Source: Octopus vulgaris (lineage: Eukaryota). Taken from it: a stretch of 64,000 nt of DNA. Shown in pieces: positions 1-10,850 of the stretch. The position numbers were made by a program, and so were the translations under genes. The stretch's first letter is position 1; every line of letters begins with the position of its first letter. The DNA lies in NCBI GenBank assembly GCA_951406725.2, contig OX597817.1:47678001-47742000 (forward strand). The letters are read 5' to 3'. The notes beneath the pieces are model-generated. The model was not told the origin of the DNA and made no database searches. It saw only the letters and a program-made list of their open reading frames with translations.

Positions 1-593
1 TTAAAATATTCCATTCCTTAACTCCAGACTAAACATTGTATAAATGTTTCTCTGTTCAAATTATTTTTTTTTTTGCTAATCACAGAAAATATTTATTTCT
101 ATCTGCTAACAGCAGATTTAATTCAATTCTAATTAATCATTAATCTACATTTAATTAGTTGGTTTAAGTTTAATTAGTAAATTAATCTTTAATCTACTGA
201 TTAATTTAATAGATTAATGGTTGACTAAATATTAGTAGGGAGACAATTAATTAGTCTACTAACCAATTAATCTTTAATTGGTTAGTAGATTACTAACCAA
301 GCCACTAACACCAGTTAGATTTAAACTAGTCTGTTGATTGATATCATATAATTAATTAGCTTAGGCTATGAGCTTGCAGAATCGTTAGCACATCAGGCAA
401 AATGCTTAGAGACATTTCATTCGTCTTTACATTTTGAGTTTAAATGCCGCCAAGGTGGACTTTGCCTTTTAGGGTCGATAAAATAAGTACCAGTTGAGCA
501 CTGGAGTCAATGTAATTGACTTACCCACTCCACTAAAATTGCTGGCCTTGTGCCATAATTTGAAACCAATATTATATACTGTTCTATATTTTA

Positions 594-892
594 TGGATGA
601 GGAATTATGTACATTATTTACATTGGATGGATATGTGTCCCCATCTTGTTTGTTGTTACCACAACACTGCGGCAGGACACCTGATGAAGGCTGGAGCAGC
701 CTTCATCAGGTGTCCTGGTGGAATTTTGAACTCAACCCTTCATCTGACTAATGGGGTTCTCTGTTCTCGTTCCTAAGGTAATTTTTTGCTGATGGTATTA
801 TTACTATTATTTATTCAAGTCACTGCCTGGGATTGAACCCAAAATCTTAGAGTTAGCAGCCTGCGCTCTCAACCACTACACTATATGCCCGT
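594..892 (-). mobile_element. tRNA-headed short element of the hammerhead-bearing family, copy A (ribozyme region rearranged into a hairpin)
   Basis: Minus-strand head GGGCATATAGTGTAGTGGTTGAGAGCGCAGGCTGCTAA...GGGTTCAATCCC (A and B boxes); body homologous to 893-1080 and 38171-38391. Confidence 0.75.
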
Positions 893-1080
893 GGGCATAT
901 AACATCAGTAAAAAATACCTTAGGAATGAGAACAGGGTACCCTGTTAATCAACTAAAGGGTTAGATTCGAAATTCCACAGGAACACCTGATGAAGGCTGG
1001 AGAGTACATCAGCCAAAACGTTGTGGTAACAACAAACAAGGTGAAGAAACCTATCTGTCCATTGTGAATAATGTATCTCT
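893..1080 (+). mobile_element. Copy B of the same family (head deleted), head-to-head with copy A; degenerate minimal hammerhead at 983-1026
   Basis: acac CTGATGA a ggctg-gagagtacat-cagcc (A)AAAC GTT gtgg. Confidence 0.7.
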
Positions 1081-1494
1081 TATTATAAAAGGCAGATTTT
1101 ATCTGCCTCCCTTCGGGAGTTATACAAATCTACAATATAGGATTTCTTCAATTACAATTTACCTGGCAATTTTAAGAGTACAATGCATCGCGTCATGCCA
1201 GGTCCAGTTTTTAAAATTTAAACTCCAATTAAGCAAAATTTACAGAAAACTCACATTCTGGTGTGTGTGTCAAATGCTTTTCTTAGTCTGGTTTACACCA
1301 CACGCAAACGCACACACACAGTGTGCTACGAATAAAGTGAAACTAATTCAGTGTGTTGACAGGTAGACAATAGAATGCGATGACGACTATGACGCTGATA
1401 GATACATGAGTAAAATGTATGGGAAGCTAACACATAAGAGTGAGTGAAAATGTTCTTGGAAGAGAGTAAATAGCCAGAGAGTAATAAAGTAAAC

Positions 1495-1662
1495 ATACAC
1501 TCATACATACATACATACATACATACATACATACACACACATACACACACACATACATACATACACACACACATACATACATACACACATACATACATAC
1601 ATACATACATACACATACATACATATACATACATACATACACACACACACACATACACACAC
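1495..1662. repeat. (TACA)n/(CA)n compound microsatellite
   Basis: Direct reading; source of the spurious CVYVCM ORFs. Confidence 0.95.
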
Positions 1663-1931
1663 ACAGTATTGAAGCTTGAGAACAATCAGATACATCTGCA
1701 ACACATCTGTTGAAAATATTATTGTTCACACACATACATATACATATATACATACAGAGAGACAGACAGATAGACACACACATACACACACACACACATG
1801 ATCCAGCATGGCCACAACCTCAAGGCTGAAACGTATAAAACAATAACAGAATATAAATGTGTGCATGTGTGTGAGAGAGAGAGTGTGTGTGTATATGTAT
1901 GTATGTATGTATGTATGTATATATATATATA

Positions 1932-2521
1932 TAATAATGCGGTTTTTTCAACAGCTTGAACTAAATGTCAGAGGGGAATGGGATAAACTACTTATATTAA
2001 CTTGCTATAAAAGCAGGTAGTAATTTTATCTTGTCCTTATTCATAGTGCAAGTTTTGAAGAGTGCATTTCGATTTTAACAGCTATTTTTTTCAAAGCTAT
2101 ATTGGAAGTAACAAAGGAGCATATTTGGCATATTTTGCTTTATGAGTTCAATAAAGACAACAACGCAACGGAAAGTACAAGAAATATTAATGCAGTATAT
2201 GGGGATTGGACAATAAGCGTAAGGCAGTGTCAATGGTGGTTCCAGAAATTCCGAGCCATAAACTACAGCCTAGAAGACGAGCCTCATCCTGAAAGATCTG
2301 TAGAACTCGACAAGGACATCCTGAAAACCCTGGTGGAACAAAATCTCATCGTAACTGTTGAGGAACTAGCAGAGAAGCTTGGATTTGGTCATTCAACCAT
2401 TCATTGAGACCTGTGTGCTATCGGAAAAGTCAGCAAATTGGGTCAATGGGTTCCTCACGAACTTTCCGAGTCTAATTGCATGCAGAGAGTGAATGTATGC
2501 TTTTCTTTGCTGTCACATCTC
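1932..2521 (+). mobile_element. Mariner transposon 5' fragment (pseudogenised transposase)
   Basis: HTH region EHIWHILLYEF...WFQKFR...LEDEPHPERS; after an internal TGA the frame continues GKVSKLGQWVPHEL (mariner WVPHEL motif). Confidence 0.92.
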
Positions 2522-2542
2522 ACCACTACTGCGCTATGTATA

Positions 2543-3177
2543 TCTATATATATAAAACTGTAGTTGTGTGAGTGTCTGTCCCCTTCGATTTAGATTCCTA
2601 ACTACTCCCACATTTTGCGGTGCAGTTTAACCAAATTCGGGTAGCTTATAGTCGTGATTCATATCGAGCCCGTCTGACTATTAGCGCGCGTCAACGATGA
2701 GTCTACGATTTAAAAAATAATTTAACATCATTTTTTATTCCATTTTAATGCATAATTTTTCGTGTGTCGATGGCAGCGGAGTTGGCGTCCACGCTCACAC
2801 CTGCACCTGTGGGGAAGGGAGTGTAAGGAAATCAACGTCGTAATGCGTTGTCAAGGAGACCAGCGTTCTTTTAGAACAACGACTTCATGGCTTGAAGACA
2901 CCAAAACAGAAATGGCTAAGAAAGCGTCTACATGAGTCTACGATTTAAAAAAAAATTTACCATCGTTTTTTTTCCATTTTAATGCATTTTTTCGCTATTA
3001 TATAAGGGAAGTAACTCTCTAAAAATGTCTACGATGAGTCAACGATTTTAAAAAAAATTTACCATCATATTTTTTCCATTTTTAATGTATTTTTTGCTAT
3101 TTTTTGGCTATAACTCTAAAAATGCTTATATAGTTATTTCCCTTACAAACCCGAGCAACGCCGGGCGATACTGCTAG
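2543..3177 (+). mobile_element. Non-autonomous Helitron
   Basis: A|TC 5' end; subterminal hairpin CCCGAGCAACGCCGGG; CTAG|T 3' end; no TSD; second copy at 47411. Confidence 0.88.
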
Positions 3178-3540
3178 TAATATTATATAATTAAATTAAG
3201 TATTTCAACACCATGCAGGATTTCACAGGCAGAAAGGCACAGGTATATCTGAGTAATTGCTTCCCAAACACGTCTTGTCTTTAGTCACACTGTGGAACCT
3301 TGGATAAGTCTCTTCTACTATAGCCCCAAGCTAACCAAAGTCTTGTGAGTGGATTTGGTAGATGGAAACTGAAAGAAGCCCATCATGTGTGTGATTGCAT
3401 GTTTGTGTGTGTGTGTGCCAATGCTGGTGTCATGCACCTGGCAACCATTGCCAAATGGCATATAAAAAGCACCTGTGCTGGTGGCACATAAAAGCACCTG
3501 TGCTAGTGGAATGTGAACATGTGCATGTGTGTGTGCATAT

Positions 3541-3676
3541 GTAGGTAGGTAGGTAGATAGATAGATATAGAAAGATAGATGATAGAAAGATAGATAGATA
3601 TAGATAGATATAGATAGATAGATATAGATAGATATAGATAGATAGATATAGATAGATAGATATAGATAGATAGATT

Positions 3677-3714
<38 letters not shown>

Positions 3715-3749
3715 TAGATAGACAGACAGACAGACAGAGACAGACAGAC

Positions 3750-3781
<32 letters not shown>

Positions 3782-3791
3782 ATAGATATAG

Positions 3792-3846
<55 letters not shown>

Positions 3847-3859
3847 TAGCTAGATAGAT

Positions 3860-3893
<34 letters not shown>

Positions 3894-3903
3894 ACAGACA
3901 GAT
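3541..3903. repeat. (GGTA)/(GATA)n/(GACA)/(GA)n/(GGCA)n compound microsatellite
   Basis: Direct reading. Confidence 0.95.
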
Positions 3904-4496
3904 TAATTATCAACGATATACGTTTGTGTCAAGATTGTAATCTCCAGTTAAGAACCTAAGAATGTGAATTAAATGACAGATGTATGAAAGTGTTTTCAAT
4001 TAAAGCAACTCTCACATAAGACAGCTTGCTCTTCTTTATTAATCGGAGAACAAATAACAATCAGCTAACTGTAGAATGATTTGCAATACAAATCAATATT
4101 TTGGTTCAAGCAACTTCAACAGCAGGGATCACAAACTTCATTTTGTAACAGCCTTTTTTTGATTTTACTCTACATTTGCCAAAGGCCCACATGTTATTGC
4201 TGTTCTCATCATAGTTTTAACATTAACTTTTTCTATGCTTGTATGCGTCAGAAGGAATTTGCTGAGACAGATTCTTCTATGGTTGGACGCCCTTCCTGTC
4301 ACCAACCTTCCAAGCAAGGTAATATTCCCCCATGACCAGAAATGTTTTTACAGAAGATTGGAAATAAAGGAAACCCCTTGCATGACAGAAACACTTGTTT
4401 AAAACTATCACACGAAATCAAGGCAGAGAGACAGTAACACACTCACACATACATTTATACACACACACACACACACATACATTTATACACACACAC

Positions 4497-4935
4497 ATCA
4501 TCATCATCATCATCGTTTAACGTCCGTTCTCCATGCTAGCATGGGTTGGACGGTTCGACCGGGGATCTGGGAAGCCAGAAGGCTGCACCAGGCTCCGGTC
4601 TTATCTGGCAATGTTTCTACAGCTGGATGCCCTTCCTAACGCCAACCACTCCGTGAGTGTAGTGGGTGCTTTTTACGTGCCACCTGCACTGGTGCCAGGC
4701 AAGGCTGGCATTGGCCACGGTCGGATTGGTGCATTTTACGTGCCACCTGCACGGAAGCCAGTCGAGGCGGCACTGGCTTCGGCTACGATTCGGATGGTGC
4801 TTTTTACATGCCACCGACACGGAAGCCAGTCGAGGCGGCGCTGGCATCGGCCACGATTCGGATAGTGCTTTTTATGTATCTCCAGTCCAGGGGTCCTGGC
4901 ATCAGCCGGGTGCCAGTCATAGGATTGGTTCAATA
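4497..4935 (-). mobile_element. RTE 3'UTR-derived repeat with internal VNTR (representative of roughly 25 copies, e.g. 12612, 24170, 25981, 30311, 31068, 32199, 37538, 50325, 52416, 53931, 55283, 58948, 60271)
   Basis: Shared GGTTGGCGTTAGGAAGGGCATCCAGCTGTAG...GGACGTTAAAC(GAT)n; a homologous sequence follows the RTE ORF at 7400-7600. Confidence 0.85.
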
Positions 4936-5311
4936 CACACACATATGTATATATTTATACATATATATATAGGCACAGCACAGCTGTGTGGTAAGAAGCT
5001 TGCTTCCCAACCACATGGCACCTTGGGCAAGTGTTTTCTACTATAGCCTCAAGTCAACCAAAGCCTTGTAAGTGGATTTGGTAGAAGGAACCTGAAAGAA
5101 GCCCATTGTGTATATGTATGTGTGTGTGTGTCCACCATTGCATGACAACCAATGTTGGTGTGTTTGTGTCCCCATAATTTAGCGGTTCAACCAAAGATAC
5201 CGACAGAATAAGTACTCGACTTACAATGAATAAGTCCTAGGGTCGATTTTTTTTTTACTAAAGGTGGTGCTCCAGCATGGCCACAGTCAAATGACTGAAA
5301 CAAGTAAATGA

Positions 5312-5345
<34 letters not shown>

Positions 5346-5916
5346 AAATAAATGGTTTCCTCAAAAACTTCAAATAGCTTCGGTTTTAATATGGGAAAAA
5401 CAGCCAAAAGCAGCCAAACCAAAATAACCAGAACCCATCCAACCTAGATCTAAAATACCTTAGAAGATAATCACATAAATTACACAGAAATTTATTAGCT
5501 TTTTACCTGTTTGTCATTGTGTTACGGCCATGCTGGGGCACCACCTTGAAGTCTTTAGTCAAACAAATCTCCTCCTGTGCTTATATTTTTTTTAAGTCTG
5601 ATACTTATTCTATCAATCATTTTGCCAAACTACTAAGTTACAAGGGAGGAGGGGGCATAAACAAACCAACTTCAGTTGTTAGGCAGTGGTGGAGTAACAA
5701 ACCCAAACACACACATATATGAGAGGGGTATCCAGAAGACCTCCAAAAGGTAGGTAATGCTATGTAAGGAAGGACCACTGTTAGACCCCCGGTTCAATAA
5801 TAGTATGAGTGAAGAGTCTAACACAGGCCATATGTGAGTGTGTGTATGTTAAATAAAATGAAACTACAAAGCCAAGGCAGTGTGAAATTACTAGGACATT
5901 TTATAAAGAGAAGGGT

Positions 5917-5965
5917 AGTCTTACGGCTGTTTCAGGGATATAAAAGATATCCCATCATCAGAGAT
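5917..5965 (-). ncRNA. Degenerate Penelope-type type I hammerhead ribozyme motif (second family)
   Basis: Minus strand: tct CTGATGA t gggatat-ctttt-atatccc t GAAAC agcc GTA aga; helices I and II pair. Confidence 0.6.
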
Positions 5966-6017
5966 GATATGAGAGAGATAAATAGAAGGAAATAGTAGAG
6001 TTCAATATAAGAAGTTA

Positions 6018-6060
<43 letters not shown>

Positions 6061-6237
6061 CACATATATATATAGCTAAAAATTTGGAGGCAGATCACCT
6101 AAAAAATATTCTAAGGTGTATAACCCAAAGAAGTGGTGCTGCATAAAAACAGAAACTGGCATAATGTTAGATGTGAAGTTATTTAATGCAGCTGTCTTCT
6201 AAATAAAAATGCTACAGAAATGTGTACTAATACTCAA

Positions 6238-7602
6238 TATACCTGAGCTCCTCTATGCTGATGACTTTGCTCTTATTGCTGAATCGCTACCAGAACTAGG
6301 AAAGAAATTTCAGGCGTGAGAGCAAGGTCTAGAATCAAAGGGCCTTAGATATATTAGCACGCTGGACAAAATGCTCAGCGGTATTTCATCTGTCTTTACG
6401 TTCGGATTTCAAATTCCACCGAGGTCGGCTTTGCCTTTCATCCTTTCAGGGTCAAATTAAGTAAAAGTTGCGTACTGGAGTCAATCTAATTGACTGGACC
6501 CCTCCCCCAAAATTTCGGGCCTTGTGCCTAGAGTAGAATAGAAAGAGTCTGAGAGCTAATTTTGCAAAGACCAGTCTTAGTAAGTAAAGAAACAGACAAA
6601 TCACAAATCCCTTCAGGGAGATGGCCCTGCTTGACATATAGATACGGCATAGGTAGAAACAACATAAAGCGTACCTGGTGCCAGCTACGGACACATAAGA
6701 GGTGCAGCAGTATCAGAGGAAGGTAAGCAGAGAAAGTAGTCTTTGTGTGAGGCAGATATGTAGGCACAATAAACACGAGGAATGTACAAACGAAAGACTG
6801 TCATATGCCCAGGGTTAATATTTAGATGTAGTAGATAGCTTCCGTTACCTAGGTGACCAAAGCAGCAGTGGAAGAGGATGCTCTAAGGGTGTAGCTGCTA
6901 GAAAAAGAGCTGGCTGGGTGAGGGCTCAGAGAGCTGCTATCTTTGTTGGTAACAAAGGGTCCCTCCTTCAGAGTGAAAGGCAGATTATATGATGCCTGTG
7001 TGCAAACATCCATACTACATGGTAGTGAAACACGGGCTGTGACTGCAGAGGACACACAAAGGCTTGAAAAAAATTAAGCTAGTATGCTTCGGTGGATGGG
7101 TAACGTCAGGGTTTCACATACGATAGAGTTTGTGTGTCTAAAGAGATGAACTGGGTACAAGAGGCATCAGATGTAGTGTGCAAGAGAGAAGACTGCACTG
7201 GTATGGCCATGTGCATGGTTGAGGAGAGCTGTGTAAAAAATGCCAATCTCTAACTGTGGAGGGAACACGGGGGAAGAAGTCGACCCAGGAAGATGTGGGA
7301 TGAAGTGATGAAATATGATCTCTGGATGTTGAGTTTCATGGAGGAGATGACAAGTGACCGAGACTGTTGGTGATTTGCTACACTTCAGAAGACACATAAA
7401 GCTTAGCGACTTAGTGGCAAGTACCAGTGACATACAAAAGGCACCCAGTACACTCTGTGGAGTGGTTGGCATTAGGAAGGGCATCAAGCTGTAGAAACCA
7501 AACCAAAACAGACTGGAGCCTGGTGCAGCTCTCCAGCTTACAAGTTCCAGTCAAACAGTCTGACCCATGCTTGCATGAAAAAAGAACGCTAAATGATGAT
7601 GA
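6238..7602 (+). mobile_element. Degraded RTE-clade LINE 3' part (RT C-terminus, Cys/His insert, 3'UTR, GAT tail), interrupted by a SINE at ~6350-6540
   Basis: PELLYADDFALIAES...GLESKGL; WPCL...HKRCS; VDSFRYLGD; KGRLYDACV...LHGSET; RRLHWYGHV; RPRKMW; contains stops and frameshifts. Confidence 0.9.
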
Positions 7603-8516
7603 AGGTGTGTGTGTATGTGTGTGTGAATACATATACGACGGGCTTCCATATACACATCTTTCAGTTTCCGTCTACTAAATTCACTTACAAGGCATTTATG
7701 GGCTCAGGGGGCTATAGTAGAAAACACTTGCTCTAAATGACGCATAATGAGACTGGACCGGAAACCACGCGGTTGCAAAGCAGGCTCCTTAACCACACAG
7801 CCGTGCTTGCCTCTATAAAGCATTCCACTCTCAATCAGAAATATTTTCCATTTATTAGTAATCTTAGCCGTAAGTACTCCAGCTCTTAATTTTTCTGTGC
7901 AAACTTGTGAAAACCAGACAGAATAGCAGAAAGAGAAAAAGATTATTTCCCCTGACATATAAGGAGACTTTCAAAGATTGACAGAAAGAAAAATTTAAAT
8001 ATGCAGGGGAGATAAGCAAGAGATACATTTCATCAAAGGGACGCAATCTAAAGCTGTTTAGCTCCCTTTACCCCAATCTGTATCATGTGATGAAGCTGAA
8101 TTCCATCTTAAATCCCCTATCATTTTCCAACAGCATCATTACAATAGACCGTGTTTCTTTTCTCTTTAAATTCTCATCTTCTGATGTTTACCGACTGATT
8201 ATTAGAATTAATGTGAGGTCAACAGCTGACACTTTCACATGTCTCACGATTTCAAAACTTAACAGAACTGGAATCATGACGCTGGGTAAGGTAGATAACT
8301 CTGCGTACCTAAGTTTGTCTGGAGGACAATGGGTTCCACACTTTCATATGAATATGGGTATCACTGAGATGAGAATCCCGCTACTGTTGTTGTTGTTGTT
8401 GTTGTTCGGTTCAAGGTCCGCCCTGACTGAACAGACATAGTATCATAGTATCCAGCAGTCAAAATCTCGTTCTTTTTTTTTTAAAGATGACAGGATGTAA
8501 TTTAAGGGAAATTTGA

Positions 8517-8923
8517 GATCTTTTCGGTTTGAACGGCAGTTTTTTCTAGCGGTGTCATATGAAATTGTCACCCATAATTATGACCCTAGTATCGATCTAT
8601 TGCATTTCAATCTCTTTTAGGGTTAGGGTTAGTTAGGGTTAAGGGTGGGGGAAAGGGTATCTTTTTTTTTTCACAAATGTACATAAACCCAATCTGTTTC
8701 TTAAATGAGGGACATATTCATACAGCACAGAATGTTTTTTACCTCAATGGACGTGAGTGATTGGTTGAAATTGCAGAAATTGAAGAAAAAACAACAACAA
8801 ATATCTTACAAACTATGGAATTTTCTCAATAAAGCCAAGAGAAAAATATGTTTTATAAACACATTCTACCAGTATACGAAGTTTAAAATTATGTTAAAAA
8901 CTGCCGTTCAAACCGAAAAGATC
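8517..8923. mobile_element. TIR MITE with internal TTAGGG repeats
   Basis: 28-bp TIR GATCTTTTCGGTTTGAACGGCAGTTTTT / AAAAACTGCCGTTCAAACCGAAAAGATC; TTAGGGTTAGGGTT at ~8617-8640. Confidence 0.85.
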
Positions 8924-9224
8924 CAAAATTAGACAGCCATTTGGCGCTGGTGAAACAGCCACACGCAAATTATTATTGCTACACTATATCAAATATTCAC
9001 ATATAAAAGAAATATCTGGCGAGGTATCAAGATGGATAAACATGCGATATACATATATGTGTTTATGTATGAGTCTGCACAGGTGCGAAAAAAAAAAAAT
9101 GAATACCCACATACACATTCATTTATCTTAAAAACAATTAAATGTATTACTTAAAAATCATATTTTGGAACATTGCTTAAACGACAATGCAATTTCATGA
9201 CTGCCTGTATAAAATGCCTTTCAC

Positions 9225-9540
9225 ATAACGCTAGCACAGGTGCTTTCTTCGTGGTACCAGCACGAGCACAGGTGCTTTTTATATGAGGCAAGCACAACTG
9301 CTTTTTATATGATGCCAGCACAGGTGCTCTCAATGTGGCATGAGCACAGGTGCTTTTTATAAGGTGTCACTATAGGTGCCAGCACAGGTGCCTTTTATAT
9401 GGTGCCAGCACAGGTGCCTTTTATATGGTGCCAGCACAGGTGCTTTCAATGTGGTACGAGCACAGGTGCTTTTTATATAGTGCCAGCACAACTGCTTTTT
9501 ATAAGGTACAACACAGGTGCTTTTTTTCTGCTACACCAGC
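9225..9540. repeat. ~26-bp minisatellite (GCCAGCACAGGTGCTTTTTATATGGT-like)
   Basis: About 10 degenerate units resembling the VNTR unit of the RTE-tail repeat. Confidence 0.85.
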
Positions 9541-10040
9541 ATGTTTCAATGTTTCTGAATTAGTACAAGTGAATATAACAGTGTATGTACATCTTACATA
9601 GTTATCATAAATCTACCTCAAAGCAACTGTTTCAATTTTTGCCAAATGATCTCCTATCATAAAATCTTTTGCCAAAAGAAAATAAAAAAAAAAGATAAAA
9701 ATTGACATCTTTGAAATTTATAATCTTTTCTGCTCAAGACACAAGGCCTGAAATTCTAAGGGAGGAGAGTAGGCAAATTACATAGACCCCAGGACTTAAC
9801 TGGTACCTATGTCATCAACTTCACAATGTTCACCCTCAGTTGAATTTGAACTCACAACGTAAACATAAGCAAAATGCCTCTAAGCATTTTGTCCAATGTG
9901 CTAAATAATTCTACTGGACCAACACCTTAAATTAGAACTAACAAATGCAGATTTGGTACAAGGCTAGTAATTTCGAGTGGGGAGGCGGGGGTAAGATGAT
10001 TACATCAACCTCAGTGTTCAACTGGTACTTATATTCTTAT

Positions 10041-10271
10041 GGCGGCAAGCTGGCAGAAACGTTAGCACGCCGGGTGAAATGCTTAGCGATATTTCATCTG
10101 CCACTACGTTCTGAGTTCAAATTCCGTCGAGGATGACTTTGCCTTTCATCCTTTCAGGGTCGATTAAATAAGTATCAGTTATGCACTGGGGTCGATATCA
10201 TCAACTTAATCCGTTTGTTTGTCCTTCTTTGTCCCCTCTGTGTTTAGCCCCTTGTGGGTAGTAAAGAAATA
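10041..10271 (+). mobile_element. tRNA-derived SINE family A (full copy)
   Basis: GGCGGCAAGCTGGCAGAA...GAGTTCAAATTCC B box; TSD ggta(c/t)ttatattct at 10024-37 and 10272-85. Confidence 0.88.
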
Positions 10272-10467
10272 GGTATTTATATTCTCAACCCAAAAAAGAT
10301 GAAAGGCTAAGTCGACTCTAGCAGAATTTGAACTCAGAACATGAAGTCAGAAGAAATGTTGCTAAGGATCTGGTCCAGCATGGTAACGGTTCTGCCAGCT
10401 CATTGCCTGAAATCTGAAATAAATAACAAATATTACCAAATGTTATAAGTGTTAAAGCAATAATTAC

Positions 10468-10573
10468 CTATCATTCTACTTGTTAATATCTCGTGTTGCG
10501 TACTACCAATTTCCCTTCGTAAATAATTGGTAGGTATACGACCGGCTGCTGCAGCTTTCTGTCGGAAATCCAC
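10468..10573 (-). CDS. PNPT1: PNPT1 exon 4
   Basis: tttcag|GTG...ATA G|gtaatt; [35 protein letters not shown]. Confidence 0.97.
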
Positions 10574-10599
10574 CTGAAAATATTAAAAGTAAAAAAATA

Positions 10600-10850
10600 A
10601 GTAAAGTTCCTCCCCGAGTTTTGCCAACTCAGAAGAGCCGGTTTCCCAGATTCCATGGCATATAAATTCCCCTTCTGGATGGGATGCCAGTCCATCACAG
10701 CGTTAGTCATTTTTGCCAACTGAGTGAACTGAAGCAACATGAAATGAAGTGTTTTGCTCAAGAACACAATGTGTCACCCGGTCTAGGAATCGAAACCACA
10801 ATCTTACAATCATGAGACTAACACCCTAACCACTAAGCCACGCATCTCCA
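10600..10850 (-). mobile_element. tRNA-derived SINE, V-SINE-like
   Basis: Minus-strand GTGGCTTAGTGGTTAGG A box, GTTTCGATTCC B box, GTGTTCTTGAGCAAAACACTT and GATGGACTGGCATCCCATCCAG; related head at 48905-49220. Confidence 0.7.

Noticed and set aside
820-892. Functional tRNA genes (also ~38330-38391 and SINE heads)
   Set aside because: A/B boxes are present but there is no closed acceptor stem, and each runs into a repeat body; these are SINE heads.
1326-1795. ORFs rich in CVYVCM
   Set aside because: Translations of (CA)/(TACA) microsatellites.
3503-3913. 136-aa LSIY-repeat ORF
   Set aside because: (GATA)n microsatellite translation.
4533-5046. Recurrent ORFs containing FLQLDALPNANHS (a dozen or more in the track)
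   Set aside because: Antisense translations of the RTE 3'UTR repeat, not a gene family.
1-10467. PNPT1 exon 5 (expected DRSIRPLFP-like, phase 1)
   Set aside because: Candidate AG/GT-bounded segments (~3920-3955, ~9596-9650) have stops in the required frame; the exon probably lies left of the window, though I may have missed it.
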